Source: an uncultured Gammaproteobacteria bacterium (GTDB taxonomy: Bacteria; Pseudomonadota; Gammaproteobacteria; UBA9214). From it: a stretch of 64,000 nucleotides of DNA. The position numbers were made by a program, and so were the translations under genes. The notes beneath the pieces are model-generated. The model was not told the DNA's origin. It was given only the letters and a program-made list of their open reading frames with translations, and did not search any database. Every line of letters starts with the position of its first letter. Position 1 is the stretch's first letter. Shown here one piece after another: positions 7,699 through 19,988 of the stretch. The DNA lies in assembly GCA_963748215.1 (NCBI GenBank), contig CAVVHS010000005.1, forward strand, positions 64,001 to 128,000, given 5' to 3'.

Positions 7699-9963
7699 TC
7701 ACTTGCGCGACTTACGGTTCAAACCGGAGCCGCGGCGCGACTTGCGCTGCTTCTTGCCGCGCGCCGGCTGGCTCTCGTCCAGTTCGAAGTCGATCTTGCG
7801 ATCGTCGAGGTTGACCTGCACCACCTTGACCGCAACCTCGTCGCCGAGCCGGAAGATGCGCCGGGTGCGCTCGCCGATCAGCCAGTGCCGGGTCGGCTCA
7901 TAATGATAGTAGTCGTTGCCGAGCGCGGTGACATGCACCAGCCCTTCCACGTAGATGTCCTTGAGTTCCACGAAAATCCCGAACGAGGTCGTGGTGCTGA
8001 TGATGCCGGAGAACGTTTCACCGATCTTGTCGAGCATGAACTCGCACTTCAGCCAGTCGACGGCATCGCGCGTCGCCTCATCGGCACGCCGCTCGGTCGT
8101 CGAGCAATGTTCACCGAGGTCGAGCATCGCGGCAGCATTGTAATGGAAGGACTTCGCCTTCTTCTCTGCCAGTACGTGGCGGATGGCGCGATGTACCAGC
8201 AGGTCCGGATAGCGGCGGATGGGCGAGGTGAAGTGCACGTAGTGTTCGTGCGCCAGTCCGAAGTGACCGATATTCACCGGGCTGTACTCGGCGCGCGGCA
8301 TGGAACGCAGCAGCACGGTGTTGATAAGGTGCTCGTCCGGACGCCCGTGCACCTGTTCCAGCAGTGCGGAATAATCGCGTGCGGACGGCTTGGCTCCGCC
8401 GCGCAGCCCGAGGCCCAGCTCGTTCAGGAATTCCTGCAGGTCGGATATCTTCTCGGCCGCCGGCATGGCGTGCACGCGGAACAGGGTTGGCATGTTGTGG
8501 CGTTCCAGCAGGCGTGCAGCGGCGACGTTGGCGGCGATCATGCACTCCTCGATGACCTTGTGCGCATCATTGCGCACCAGTGGCACGATCCGCTCGATCT
8601 TGCGCTCCGCGCCGAACACGATACGCGTCTCGGTAGTCTCGAAATCGATCGCGCCGCGCGTCTGGCGTGCATCGCGCAGTGCCTGGTAGAGCCGGTACAG
8701 TTCATCGAGATGCGGCACCAGCGCCTCGCGCCGCGCACACGCCTGCTCGTCCCGCTCGACCATGATGGCGGCCGCCTCCGCGTAGGTCAGCCGGGCATGT
8801 GAACGCATCAGGCCATCGAAAAAGCGCGAACGCACCAGACTGCCATCGCGCTTGATGATCATCTCGCTCACCAGACACAGGCGGTCGACATCCGGATTCA
8901 GCGAACACAGGCCGTTGGACAGGACCTCCGGCAGCATCGGGATGACGCGCTCGGGGAAATACACCGAGTTGCCGCGCTCCAGCGCCTCGGCATCCAGCGC
9001 CGTATCGGGGTAGACGTAGTGCGAGACATCGGCGATGGCGACCAGCAGGCGCCAGCCGCTGGGCGTGCGCTCGCAGTACACGGCGTCGTCGAAGTCGCGC
9101 GCATCGGCACCGTCGATGGTGACCAGCGGCAGCTCGCGCAGGTCCTCGCGTCCGCGCTTCGCCGCTTCCGGCACCTCCGCGCCCAGCCCGGCGGTCTCCT
9201 GTTCCACGGCCGGCGGCCAGGCCAGCGGCACGTCGTGGCTGCGGATGGCGATATCGATTTCCATGCCCGGCGCCATGTGATCACCCAGCACCTCGATCAC
9301 CCGCCCGACCGGCGGCGTGCGCTTGCTCGGCTGCTCGATGATTTCGACGGTGACGATCTGGCCGTGTGTCGCGCCGCCGGTCTCGCCGGCCGGCACGACC
9401 ACTTCCTGCGGCAGGCGCTTGCTGTCGGGACTGACAAACGTCGCGCCACTTTCATTGTAGAAACGGCCTACCAGCTTCTGGGTGTTGCGCCGGATCACCT
9501 CGACCACCGAGCCCTCGCGGCGCCCGCGCCGGTCCAGGCCGGTGATCCGCACCAGCGCGCGGTCGCCGTGAAACAGCGCGCGCATCTGGCGCGCCGACAG
9601 GAACACGTCGTCGCCGGCATCGTCGGGGACCAGGAAGCCGAAGCCGTCCTGGTGGCCGATGATGCGGCCGGCGACCAGATCGAGCCGGTCCGCCAGCGCA
9701 TAGCAATCGCGCCGGTTGCGCACCAGCTGACCATCGCGCGACATGGCATTCAGGCGCCGGCGCAGGGCCTCGAGCCCGTCCTCGGTGTCAATGGCGAGCA
9801 GCGCGGCGAGTTCCTCCCGGCTGACCGGGTGATCGACATCGTTGATGACCTCGAGGATGTGCTCGCGGCTGGCGATCGGCCGCTCGTAACGGGTCGCCTC
9901 CCGCTCCGCGTGCGGGTCGTCCTGGCGACTGGAGGAATTCTTGTTACCGGGTTTACGTGGCAT
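7699..9963 (-). CDS. rnr: Ribonuclease R
   Basis: TIDGADARDFDDA, HFTSPIRRYPDL, C-terminal S1 domain and basic tail. Alternative GTG start at 9975. Confidence 0.97.
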   Translation of the reverse strand: MPRKPGNKNSSSRQDDPHAEREATRYERPIASREHILEVINDVDHPVSREELAALLAIDTEDGLEALRRRLNAMSRDGQLVRNRRDCYALADRLDLVAGRIIGHQDGFGFLVPDDAGDDVFLSARQMRALFHGDRALVRITGLDRRGRREGSVVEVIRRNTQKLVGRFYNESGATFVSPDSKRLPQEVVVPAGETGGATHGQIVTVEIIEQPSKRTPPVGRVIEVLGDHMAPGMEIDIAIRSHDVPLAWPPAVEQETAGLGAEVPEAAKRGREDLRELPLVTIDGADARDFDDAVYCERTPSGWRLLVAIADVSHYVYPDTALDAEALERGNSVYFPERVIPMLPEVLSNGLCSLNPDVDRLCLVSEMIIKRDGSLVRSRFFDGLMRSHARLTYAEAAAIMVERDEQACARREALVPHLDELYRLYQALRDARQTRGAIDFETTETRIVFGAERKIERIVPLVRNDAHKVIEECMIAANVAAARLLERHNMPTLFRVHAMPAAEKISDLQEFLNELGLGLRGGAKPSARDYSALLEQVHGRPDEHLINTVLLRSMPRAEYSPVNIGHFGLAHEHYVHFTSPIRRYPDLLVHRAIRHVLAEKKAKSFHYNAAAMLDLGEHCSTTERRADEATRDAVDWLKCEFMLDKIGETFSGIISTTTSFGIFVELKDIYVEGLVHVTALGNDYYHYEPTRHWLIGERTRRIFRLGDEVAVKVVQVNLDDRKIDFELDESQPARGKKQRKSRRGSGLNRKSRK

Positions 9964-10012
9964 GGTCGGGTTCACTCAGGTAGGGGTCGATGCGCGTCCT
10001 GGAACGGGCAAA

Positions 10013-10041
10013 TTGACAAGATAAAAAGCAGACGGTAGAGT
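10013..10041 (+). promoter_or_regulatory. Sigma70 promoter of tRNA-Leu
   Basis: TTGACA-17 bp-TAGAGT followed by a GC-rich discriminator, 40 bp upstream of the tRNA. Confidence 0.7.
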
Positions 10042-10080
10042 TCGCGGCTCTCCAGGCAGCTTCAGGCTGTACTGCATCAC

Positions 10081-10167
10081 GCCGAGGTGGTGAAATTGGT
10101 AGACACGCTAGCTTCAGGTGCTAGTGGGGGAAACCCCGTGGAGGTTCAAGTCCTCTCCTCGGCACCA
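10081..10167 (+). tRNA. tRNA-Leu (anticodon CAG)
   Basis: Acceptor GCCGAGG/CCTCGGC, anticodon arm CTAGC-TTCAGGT-GCTAG, long variable arm GGGGAAACCCC, T-loop GGTTCAAGTCC, encoded CCA. Confidence 0.96.
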
Positions 10168-10201
10168 CTTCAATCCCGTTCCGTCATCCACGCACCCGTG
10201 C

Positions 10202-11572
<1,371 letters not shown>

Positions 11573-11618
11573 TCATGCAAACATGCCCGCGCGCGAGTCA
11601 CAGGTCCGGTGAAATGCC

Positions 11619-12806
11619 TCACTCGAGCGCCCGTACGACCCAGGTGCCGGCGTCCCGCACCAGCTGCCGGTCACAGCCCATGTCCCGCGCCCCCCCGGCC
11701 TGGCCGGGCAAGGCCATCACCACCCGCTCACCCTGACCGCGCAATGTCGCGACCGCGTCGTCAAGCCGGGCATCATTCTCCGCGGGGGCGAATACTGCAC
11801 CCGGGCGGCCATCGAAGTCACGCGGACTCAGGTCCATCAGGGTCCGCAGGTCGGTGCTGAAGCCGGTCGCAGGCCGGGCGCGCCCGAATACCTCGCCGAT
11901 GGCATCGTAACGACCGCCACGGGCGACCTCCTGCCCGCAACCGGGCACGAACACCGCGAACACCATGCCGGTCTGGTAGCGGTAGCCGCGCAGTTCCGCA
12001 AGATCGAAATCGATCTGCACGTCGCCGGCACGCTGCTGCAGGCGATCGGCTATGGCACGCAGGTTCTCCAGCGCCTGGATCACCTGCACGCCGGCGCCGT
12101 CCAGCACCTCGCGCGCGCCGTAGAGTACGTCCCAGCCGCCGTTTAGCCCGGCCAGCACCGCCAGCCGTTCGCGCTGGCCGGCATCGCGCACGGTCTGGTC
12201 CAGCATCTCGCCGATCTCGGCAACCGCCTTGCGCTGCAGCGCTTCGAACAGGTCGTTTTCCTGCCCGGCGTTCAGCCCCGCGTCCCGCGCCAGGCCACGG
12301 AAAATGCCGACATGCCCGAGATTGACATGCACGTCCGGGATTTCCAGCAATGCCAGCGATTCCAGCACCAGCAGCAGGATCTCGACGTCGCTCTCGATGC
12401 CGGCATGGCCGAACAGCTCGGCGCCCACCTGCAGCGGGCTGCGCGAACTGCCGAAGCCGTCGCTGCGCGTGTGCAGCACCGTACCCATGTAGCAAAGCCG
12501 TGTCGGCGCATCGCGCCGCAGCGGGTGCGCGTCGATGCGTGCCGCCTGCGGCGTCATGTCGGCACGCACACCCATCATGCGCCCGCTCATCAGGTCGGTG
12601 ACCTTGAAGGTCTGCAGGTCGAGGTCGTTGCCGGCGCCGGTCAGCAGCGATTCGAGATACTCGATAAGCGGAGGCATTATCAGCGCGTAGCCCCAGCCTG
12701 CGAACAGGTCGAGCAGTTCGCGCCGCGCGGACTCGAGCCGCCACGCCTCGGGCGGCAGCACCTCTTCGATGCCTTCCGGTAATAACCATTGGTCCTCGCG
12801 ACTCAT
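11619..12806 (-). CDS. hisZ: ATP phosphoribosyltransferase regulatory subunit
   Basis: WLLPEGIEE, RADMTPQAARIDAH, GGRYD; upstream of purA. Confidence 0.95.
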   Translation of the reverse strand: MSREDQWLLPEGIEEVLPPEAWRLESARRELLDLFAGWGYALIMPPLIEYLESLLTGAGNDLDLQTFKVTDLMSGRMMGVRADMTPQAARIDAHPLRRDAPTRLCYMGTVLHTRSDGFGSSRSPLQVGAELFGHAGIESDVEILLLVLESLALLEIPDVHVNLGHVGIFRGLARDAGLNAGQENDLFEALQRKAVAEIGEMLDQTVRDAGQRERLAVLAGLNGGWDVLYGAREVLDGAGVQVIQALENLRAIADRLQQRAGDVQIDFDLAELRGYRYQTGMVFAVFVPGCGQEVARGGRYDAIGEVFGRARPATGFSTDLRTLMDLSPRDFDGRPGAVFAPAENDARLDDAVATLRGQGERVVMALPGQAGGARDMGCDRQLVRDAGTWVVRALE

Positions 12807-12940
12807 GTCGGTTTCCTAGCCCGCAATGCTCGCCGGGGCAGTCAGCGACCGATGACACACTGTTTGTTGCCGAATAGGTATTGGTTTCATCGTTTCAGCT
12901 CAGCATTTTTGTATAACCGCCGCCCGGTGAAACATGCGGG

Positions 12941-13138
12941 CTAGCGCACCAGGTACAGCATAACGATTCCGCACAGCATGCTGGCCAGTCCGGCCACGCG
13001 CAAGGTGCGGTCATCGAGCTGCGACGCGGTCTCCAGCATGCGCCGCAGGTAGCCCGGATTGAGAAAGGGGATCACGCCTTCGATGACCAGCACCAGTGCC
13101 AGCGCCGCCAGCAGATCAGTCCAGTTCAGCTCCAGCAT
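12941..13138 (-). CDS. DUF2065 (YjeT) small membrane protein
   Basis: ALALVLVIEGVIPFLNP...LRVAGLASML; follows hflC. Confidence 0.9.
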   Translation of the reverse strand: MLELNWTDLLAALALVLVIEGVIPFLNPGYLRRMLETASQLDDRTLRVAGLASMLCGIVMLYLVR

Positions 13139-13140
13139 TC

Positions 13141-13170
13141 AAAAAGCCCCGGGGGTCCGCCCGGGGCATC
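13141..13170 (-). terminator. Terminator-like hairpin between hflC and yjeT
   Basis: Minus strand GCCCCGGG-CGGACC-CCCGGGGC-TTTTT. Confidence 0.55.
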
Positions 13171-13188
13171 CTGTCGCATGCAACACTC

Positions 13189-14061
13189 TCAGGGAGCCTG
13201 CTCGCCGCTGGCGCTGCCGAAGTACTTGAAGAACTCGGAATCCGGCTCCAGCACCAGCACGTCCTGCTGGCTCGAGAGCGCCGTGCGGTAGGCATTCATG
13301 CTGCGGTAGAAATCGTAGAACTCGCGGTTCTTGCCGAAGGCCTTGCCGTAGATCTCCGTGGCTTTTGCATCGCCCTCGCCGCGGATCTTCTCGGCATCGC
13401 GCTGCGCCTCGGCGAGCAGCACCGTGCGATCCCTTTCGGAGACGGCACGAATGCCCTTGGCCGACTCCTCGCCCTGGGCGCGCAGGTCTTTGGCAATACG
13501 TTCACGCTCGGTGCGCATGCGCTCGTATACCGAGTTGCGCACGTCCTCCGGCAGTTCGATCTGCTTGATACGGGTATCCACGATAACGATACCGAATGCC
13601 GCAATCTGCTCATTGGCTGTATCGGTCAGGTTATCCGTCATCCGGGCACGATCCTCGGCCACCACCTGCTGGATGGTGCGCTGATCGAACTCCAGCTGCA
13701 GACCGTTCTTGATGATCTGCAACAGGCGCAGACTGGCCTGGCGCTCGTCGCCCATGAACGAGGTGTAGTAGGCAGCAGGATTGAGGATGCGCCACTTGAC
13801 GAAGAAATCCACCGTGACGTTTTTCTTCTCGCCGGTCAGAAAGCGCTCCGGGCGAGTGTCAAGCGTCAGGATGCGCTTGTCGAACTTGCGCACGTTGTTG
13901 ACAGGCCAGGGCGCCTTGAAATGCAGGCCAGGCTCGTAGGACGAGTCGACGACTTTACCCAACTGGAATTTGATGGCGTATTCGCGCTCATCGACGATGA
14001 AGACACAACTCAGGCCGACCAGTGCGGCCAGTACGAATATGACTATCAGTAAACGGACCAT
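13189..14061 (-). CDS. hflC: FtsH modulator HflC
   Basis: SPFH domain, RMRTERERIA, FYDFYRSM.AY, LEPDSEFFKYF. Confidence 0.96.
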   Translation of the reverse strand: MVRLLIVIFVLAALVGLSCVFIVDEREYAIKFQLGKVVDSSYEPGLHFKAPWPVNNVRKFDKRILTLDTRPERFLTGEKKNVTVDFFVKWRILNPAAYYTSFMGDERQASLRLLQIIKNGLQLEFDQRTIQQVVAEDRARMTDNLTDTANEQIAAFGIVIVDTRIKQIELPEDVRNSVYERMRTERERIAKDLRAQGEESAKGIRAVSERDRTVLLAEAQRDAEKIRGEGDAKATEIYGKAFGKNREFYDFYRSMNAYRTALSSQQDVLVLEPDSEFFKYFGSASGEQAP

Positions 14062-14063
14062 GG

Positions 14064-15194
14064 CTATCGTCCTCCCTCGCTACGCGAGCTGCTGCGCAGA
14101 CGGATGTCGGTCTGCTCGCCGGACGGCGATTTGCTGTTGTACGACGCACCCTCATCGGGCGAATTCAGATAACTGCCGCGCGGCTCCATCAGCTTGTCGA
14201 GCGGGATGTACATCAGGTTGTTGCCGTCCTTGACCCCCATGACCACCTTGCTGGTATTCGCCAGCACGTATTCCATGGTCTCGATGTACAGGCGCTTGCG
14301 CGTCACAGCGGGCTCCTTCTCGTATTCGGTCAGCGTCTGCAGGAAACGGCTGGACTCACCCTCCGCCTTGGCGATGACCTGCTCGCGGTAGGCATTGGCC
14401 GCCTCGCGCAGGCGCGTGGCATCACCGCGCGCCCTGGGCAGGATATCCAGGGAGTAGGCCTCGGCCTGGTTGCGATAGCGCACCTGGTCCTCGCGCGCCT
14501 TGATGGCATCCTCGAACGCGCCCTGCACCTCTTCCGGCGGCTGCGGGTCCTGCAGGTTGACACTGGTCAGAATCAGGCCGGTCTGGTATCTGTCGAGCGT
14601 CTCCTGGGTCAGCTCCTTGGTCAGGCGCACGATCTCGCCACGACCGCCGCTGAAAAACTCGTCCATGGTGCTGGATCCGATTACCTCGCGCAGTGCACTC
14701 TCACTCGCTTCCTGCAGGGTGAAGTCCGGATCGCGCACCCGGAACAGGTAATCCTTGGCGTCCTTGACCTGGTATTGCACGGCCAGCTCGACCTGGATGA
14801 TGTTCTCGTCCTTGGTCAGCATCTTGGCCCGGTGACTGACCGTGCGCAGCCGGTCGACATCGACCACGTTGATGGTGTCGATACCGCGCGGATACCAGTG
14901 CGGTCCCGGGCCTGTGATGGTGTGGAATTCGCCCAGGCGCAGTACCACGCCGCGCTCGGCCGGCTCGATGATATAGATGCCGGACAGCACCCAGGCCACC
15001 AATGCCACCACCAGCAGCAGGCTGAAGTTGAACGGCTTGCCGGTCCCGGCGCCGCGCCCGGACTTGCCGCCGAAAAAGCTGTTCATTCGCTCGCGCAGCT
15101 TGCGCGCCACTTCGTCGAGGTCCGGCGGTCCGTCGTTCCCGCCACCGCCACCCCACGGGTCACGCTTGCCACCACCCGGTTCATTCCAAGCCAT
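14064..15194 (-). CDS. hflK: FtsH modulator HflK
   Basis: MAWNEPGG..DPWG...PPDLDE, MLTKDENII, VTRKRLYIETME. Confidence 0.96.
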   Translation of the reverse strand: MAWNEPGGGKRDPWGGGGGNDGPPDLDEVARKLRERMNSFFGGKSGRGAGTGKPFNFSLLLVVALVAWVLSGIYIIEPAERGVVLRLGEFHTITGPGPHWYPRGIDTINVVDVDRLRTVSHRAKMLTKDENIIQVELAVQYQVKDAKDYLFRVRDPDFTLQEASESALREVIGSSTMDEFFSGGRGEIVRLTKELTQETLDRYQTGLILTSVNLQDPQPPEEVQGAFEDAIKAREDQVRYRNQAEAYSLDILPRARGDATRLREAANAYREQVIAKAEGESSRFLQTLTEYEKEPAVTRKRLYIETMEYVLANTSKVVMGVKDGNNLMYIPLDKLMEPRGSYLNSPDEGASYNSKSPSGEQTDIRLRSSSRSEGGR

Positions 15195-15263
15195 ACATTC
15201 GCTCCAGTCAGCAAAAATGCGCCCTGCATGACAGGCATGCATGCGCGTCGAAAGTGTGCAAGT

Positions 15264-16583
15264 TTAAGAAGCTTGCGCTGTGCCCGCAACAATTGCGGCG
15301 GGATCAGCAGGATGAAAATCGCATTTTCCGCCCGATTCGCGGATCAGCCGGTCGATGTTGCGCTGCGCCATGCAGACTTCCAGCCAGCAGCCGCCCTGCT
15401 CGTCCACGCGTTCCGACATCACCTGGCCGATATTGTACAGCGAGGAACGCGCGGCGCCGGCCGTGACCGGCATGTGCAGCCAGCCGTGCACCTGGCGGCC
15501 CTGGAAATGTCCGCTCAGGGCGTCGGACAGCAGGTCCAGGCCCGTGCCGGTCACCGCCGAAACCCACACCCGGTCAGGCAGGCCGTCCGCTCCGTATTCC
15601 ACGTGCGGCTCGATATCCGACAGGTCGATCTTGTTGTAGACCCTGATCTGCGGGATCTCCGCGGCCCCGATTTCGGCCAGCACGACATTGACCTGCTCGA
15701 TATGGGCCATTTTTTCCTCGTCCTGCGCATCCACCACATGCAACAGCAGATCCGCACGTCGCGTTTCCTCCAGCGTGGCACGGAACGCGGCCACCAGGTC
15801 GTGCGGCAGGTGACGGATAAAGCCGACCGTGTCCGCCAGCACCAGCGGCCCGACGCCCTGTACCTCGATCCGGCGCAGGGTTGGATCCAGCGTGGCAAAC
15901 AGCTGGTCTGCCGCGTAGGCATCCGCACCGCTGAGGGCGTTGAACAGCGTGGACTTGCCGGCATTGGTATAGCCGACCAGCGACACCGTGGGGACCTCGG
16001 CGCGCGCCCGCGCGCGGCGCCCCTGGTCACGCTGGCGCTCCACCTTTTCCAGGCGCCGGTTGATCATCTTGATGCGCGCATTGATCATGCGCCGGTCGGA
16101 CTCGAGCTGGGTCTCGCCCGGACCGCGCAGGCCGATACCACCCTTCTGCCGTTCCAGGTGGGTCCAGCCACGTACCAGCCGGGTCGACAGGTGGCGCAGC
16201 TGCGCCAGCTCCACCTGCAGTTTGCCTTCGAATGACCGCGCGCGCTGCGCGAAGATGTCCAGGATCAGGCCGGTACGGCCCAGCACCCGGCACGACAGCA
16301 GGCGTTCGAGGTTGCGCTCCTGGCTGGGGCTCAGCGTGTGATTGAAAATCACCACGTCGGCCTGGTGCTCATGCACCGCGGCCAGGATTTCCCCGGCCTT
16401 TCCCTGACCGATATACAGACGCGGGTCAGGTACAGCCCGGGTCGCGGTGATGGTCGCAGCCGGCACGGCGCCTGCGGAGCACACCAACTCGGTGAATTCC
16501 TGCAGATCTTCCTGCCCGGCTGCGTCGGGAAAGTACACGTGGACCAGTATGGCCCGCTCACCGGTCTCAGGGCGTTCGAACAA
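15264..16583 (-). CDS. hflX: Ribosome-splitting GTPase HflX
   Basis: GPGETQLESDRR, GYTNAGKST, DQLFATLDPT, DTVGFI, NKID. Confidence 0.97.
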   Translation of the reverse strand: MFERPETGERAILVHVYFPDAAGQEDLQEFTELVCSAGAVPAATITATRAVPDPRLYIGQGKAGEILAAVHEHQADVVIFNHTLSPSQERNLERLLSCRVLGRTGLILDIFAQRARSFEGKLQVELAQLRHLSTRLVRGWTHLERQKGGIGLRGPGETQLESDRRMINARIKMINRRLEKVERQRDQGRRARARAEVPTVSLVGYTNAGKSTLFNALSGADAYAADQLFATLDPTLRRIEVQGVGPLVLADTVGFIRHLPHDLVAAFRATLEETRRADLLLHVVDAQDEEKMAHIEQVNVVLAEIGAAEIPQIRVYNKIDLSDIEPHVEYGADGLPDRVWVSAVTGTGLDLLSDALSGHFQGRQVHGWLHMPVTAGAARSSLYNIGQVMSERVDEQGGCWLEVCMAQRNIDRLIRESGGKCDFHPADPAAIVAGTAQAS

Positions 16584-16612
16584 ATAACTGTACCGTCATG
16601 GAGGAATCGCGA

Positions 16613-16867
16613 CTAGGCATTGCCCGGATCGGGCGCGCCCTGTTCGTCGTTGCCGGGAATGCGCACATTGCGCGCCGGTACCACGGTTGAAATAGCGTGC
16701 TTGTAAACCATCTGGCTGACGGCGTTCTTGAGGAGCACGACAAACTGGTCGAATGATTCAATCTGGCCTTGCAGCTTGATGCCGTTTACCAGGTAGATGG
16801 ATACCGGGACTCGCTCTTTGCGCAGTGCATTCAGAAATGGATCCTGCAAAGATTGTCCTCTATTCAT
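16613..16867 (-). CDS. hfq: RNA chaperone Hfq
   Basis: [28 protein letters not shown]...[10 protein letters not shown]. Confidence 0.99.
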   Translation of the reverse strand: MNRGQSLQDPFLNALRKERVPVSIYLVNGIKLQGQIESFDQFVVLLKNAVSQMVYKHAISTVVPARNVRIPGNDEQGAPDPGNA

Positions 16868-17008
16868 TTCTTTATCTCCTTTTTGTTGTGCTGCCAGCCA
16901 GCTTTGGCCACCAGGCCGCTAATTTCGCAGAAATATTAGTGGAATAAGCCGTGTAATACCATGATCTGGATCATACCTGTTTTCCCGCCGAAACACAGGG
17001 TTGTTTCA

Positions 17009-17953
17009 CTATTCCGTCAACCATTCAGCCACCCGGGCGGCGATCCGCGCGGGGGTCTCCGGCGCCTCGGCCGTGAAGCGCTCGGCATCCTGCTCCCCGC
17101 GCAGCCAGGTGAGCTGCCGCTTGGCGTACTGACGGGTGACCACGATGATTTTCCTGATCATTTCCTCGTGCGTCATGTCCCCCTCGAGATAGTGCCACAT
17201 CTGGCGGTAACCGACTGCACGCAGGGCCGGAAGTTCAGGCTCGAGATCACCGCGCGCCCTCAGCCGGCGCACCTCGGCCTCGAAGCCGGCTGCGAGCATG
17301 GCCTCCAGCCGGGCCACCATCCGCGCCTGCAGCCAGTCGCGGTCTGCCGGTATCAGGGCCAGTTTCAGTACTCGGCTGGGCAGCGCCTCGCCTCGCCCGC
17401 GGGACAGCAGCTCGCTCATGGGTTTTCCTGTTATTTCATAGACTTCCAACGCCCTGAGGATGCGTTGCGGGTCATTGGCATGGAGCCGGGATGCGCTGAC
17501 CGGGTCCACGACCGCCAGGCGTCGGTACAGGGTATCGAGTCCCTGCCCGGCCAGCAGCCCCTGCAGCATGGCGCGCACACCCGGGTCAGAGGCCGGCAGC
17601 GCGGACAGTCCCTGCTGCAGGGCACGAAAATACAGGAAGGTCCCACCGACCAGCAGCGGCACGCGGCCCTGCGCACCAATTTCAACCATGGCGGCCAGCG
17701 CATCGGCGCGGAACTCCGCCGCCGAATAGGGCCGCTTCGGGTCGCGGATGTCGATCAGACGGTGCGGCGCCCGGCGCAGCACATCCGCGTCCGGCTTGGC
17801 GGTGCCGATGTCCATGCCGCGATACACCAGCGCGGAGTCGACGCTGATGATTTCCAGGGGGAAGCGGCGCACCAGCTCGACCGCCAGCCCGGTCTTGCCC
17901 GAGGCAGTCGGGCCCATGAGGAATATGGCAGGTGGTAGTGAATGTTCAGGCAT
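17009..17953 (-). CDS. miaA: tRNA dimethylallyltransferase
   Basis: [37 protein letters not shown]. Confidence 0.97.
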   Translation of the reverse strand: MPEHSLPPAIFLMGPTASGKTGLAVELVRRFPLEIISVDSALVYRGMDIGTAKPDADVLRRAPHRLIDIRDPKRPYSAAEFRADALAAMVEIGAQGRVPLLVGGTFLYFRALQQGLSALPASDPGVRAMLQGLLAGQGLDTLYRRLAVVDPVSASRLHANDPQRILRALEVYEITGKPMSELLSRGRGEALPSRVLKLALIPADRDWLQARMVARLEAMLAAGFEAEVRRLRARGDLEPELPALRAVGYRQMWHYLEGDMTHEEMIRKIIVVTRQYAKRQLTWLRGEQDAERFTAEAPETPARIAARVAEWLTE

Positions 17954-17997
17954 CGAAAAAAACCATCTAACGCACAGGCGGAAAGAAATTCACTGAG

Positions 17998-18087
17998 GTA
18001 GGACCGGACCGCATCCGCGATCTTTTAGCCGACGAAAGATCGCGCTTGTACCCGATAAAGCGCCGGGCATAAACGAAGCGCTCCTAC
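17998..18087. repeat. GTAG REP doublet (REPIN-like) with a 25-nt insert in one REP loop
   Basis: GTAGGACCGGACCGCATCCGCGAT...ATCGCGCTTG[18049-18073]CGAAGCGCTCCTAC. Confidence 0.8.
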
Positions 18088-18119
18088 ATCAATAGAAATT
18101 CCCGCAGGTACGGAACCGA

Positions 18120-19895
18120 TCAGCGCCCGCGCAGGAACAGTTTGTCGAGTTCCGCCATGCCGAGCTGCACCCAGGTCGGGCGGCCGTGGTTGCACTGGCC
18201 GCTGCGCTCGGTGCGTTCCATGTCGCGCAACAGGGCATTCATCTCGTCCGGCGTCAGGCGCCGGTTGGCGCGTACCGAACCGTGACAGGCCATGGTCGAC
18301 AGCAGCGCGTTGACGGATTCCTGCACGCGCCGGCTGCTGCCATGCTCGAGCATGTCCGCCAGCACATCGCGCACCAGCGCACCGATGTCGGCATTGTGCA
18401 GCAGCGCTGGAATGGCGCGCACCACGATCTGTTCGCGACCCAGGCGGTCGATGTCGAGACCCAGCTCGCAAAACGCCGCCTGCTGTGCCTCGCAGGCATC
18501 GGCCTCGCGCGCGCTGACATCCAGTCGCAACGGCACCAGCAGCGGCTGTGAACGGATGCCCTCGCCGACCTGGGCCTGTTTCAGCTGTTCGTAGGTGATG
18601 CGCTCGTGGGCCGCGTGCATATCCACCAGTACCAGCCCGGCCGCGTTCTGCGCCAGGATGTAAACACCGTGCAACTGTGCCAGCGCAAAGCCGAGCGGAA
18701 AGTCGTCCGCACCGGCATCGGCCGGCGATGCCGGTGCGGGCTGCGGGGCCACCGGGTGCAGGGCGGCGTAGCGGCTGATCTGCTCGCGCACATCTAAACG
18801 CAGGCCGGGCTGGGCGGGCGCCGTACCATGCGCGCGGTCCAGCGGCAACGCCGCGACTGGCTGCGCCGGCTGCGGCACCGGCTGATCGGGCGACGGCCGT
18901 ACCTGTGCCAGCGCCTCGTGGAGGGTGCGAAACAGGAAGTCATGCACCAGTCGGCTGTCGCGAAAACGCACCTCGTGCTTGGTCGGATGCGCATTGACAT
19001 CGACCGTGGCCGGATCGATTTCCAGGAACAGCACATAGGCCGGATGGCGGCCGTGGAACAGCACATCCTGGTAGGCCTGGCGTACCGCGTGCGTGACCAG
19101 CTTGTCGCGCACCATGCGGTTGTTGACGTAGAAATACTGCAGGTCGGGCTGGCTGCGCGAGAACGTCGGCAACGCCACCCAGCCATGCAGCTTCAGCCCG
19201 GCTGCGGCATGCTCGATGTGCAGGGCCTGTTCCATGAAGGCCTTGCCGCACAGGTCGGCGACACGCCGCTCCTGCGCCTCGAGGCCGGGCGCGGCCGGCA
19301 GGTGCAGGACCGCGCGCTGGTTGTGTTGCAGGGTGAAGGCCACCGGAAAGCTGCTCAGCGCGATGCGCTGCACGACTGTCTCGATATGCTTGTACTCGGT
19401 GGCATCGGTGCGCATGAATTTGCGCCGTGCCGGCGTGTTGAAAAACAGGTCGCGCACATCCACCGTGGTGCCGCGCGGGTGCGCCACCGGCGCGGCCGTC
19501 AGCGACCGGTCCGAGCCGTCGCCCTGCACGGTCCAGCCCGATTCCGCGTCCGCGCTGCAGGAACTCAGCCGCAATCGCGACACCGAGGCGATGCTGGGCA
19601 GTGCCTCGCCGCGAAACCCGAGGCTGGCGATGCGCTCCAGGTCCTCCAGCGACGCGATCTTGCTGGTCGCATGCCGCGACAGCGCCAGCGACAGCTCGTC
19701 GCGCGGAATGCCGCTGCCGTCATCGCGAACCCGGATGCGCTGCCGGCCGCCATTCTCGATATCGATGTCGATGCTGCGCGCACCGGCATCGATGCTGTTT
19801 TCCAGCAATTCCTTGACGACCGAGGCCGGCCGCTCGATAACCTCGCCGGCGGCGATCTGGTTGATCAGGCGGGATGGCAGGATCTGGATGGGCAT
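18120..19895 (-). CDS. mutL: DNA mismatch repair protein MutL (endonuclease-motif type)
   Basis: [30 protein letters not shown]; C-terminal [15 protein letters not shown] and CNHGRP endonuclease motifs. Confidence 0.98.
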   Translation of the reverse strand: MPIQILPSRLINQIAAGEVIERPASVVKELLENSIDAGARSIDIDIENGGRQRIRVRDDGSGIPRDELSLALSRHATSKIASLEDLERIASLGFRGEALPSIASVSRLRLSSCSADAESGWTVQGDGSDRSLTAAPVAHPRGTTVDVRDLFFNTPARRKFMRTDATEYKHIETVVQRIALSSFPVAFTLQHNQRAVLHLPAAPGLEAQERRVADLCGKAFMEQALHIEHAAAGLKLHGWVALPTFSRSQPDLQYFYVNNRMVRDKLVTHAVRQAYQDVLFHGRHPAYVLFLEIDPATVDVNAHPTKHEVRFRDSRLVHDFLFRTLHEALAQVRPSPDQPVPQPAQPVAALPLDRAHGTAPAQPGLRLDVREQISRYAALHPVAPQPAPASPADAGADDFPLGFALAQLHGVYILAQNAAGLVLVDMHAAHERITYEQLKQAQVGEGIRSQPLLVPLRLDVSAREADACEAQQAAFCELGLDIDRLGREQIVVRAIPALLHNADIGALVRDVLADMLEHGSSRRVQESVNALLSTMACHGSVRANRRLTPDEMNALLRDMERTERSGQCNHGRPTWVQLGMAELDKLFLRGR

Positions 19896-19988
19896 TACGG
19901 CATGATGTGGTGGCAGCTCGGGCCACCGATCATACCGTCAGGGGCGCCGGCAGAGTACCCCGGCAGAAAAACACGCGGATGGCACCCG

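Noticed and set aside
10081-10201. tRNA-Leu as an integration site for an island
   Set aside because: No integrase and no duplicated tRNA 3' end seen; purA follows directly.
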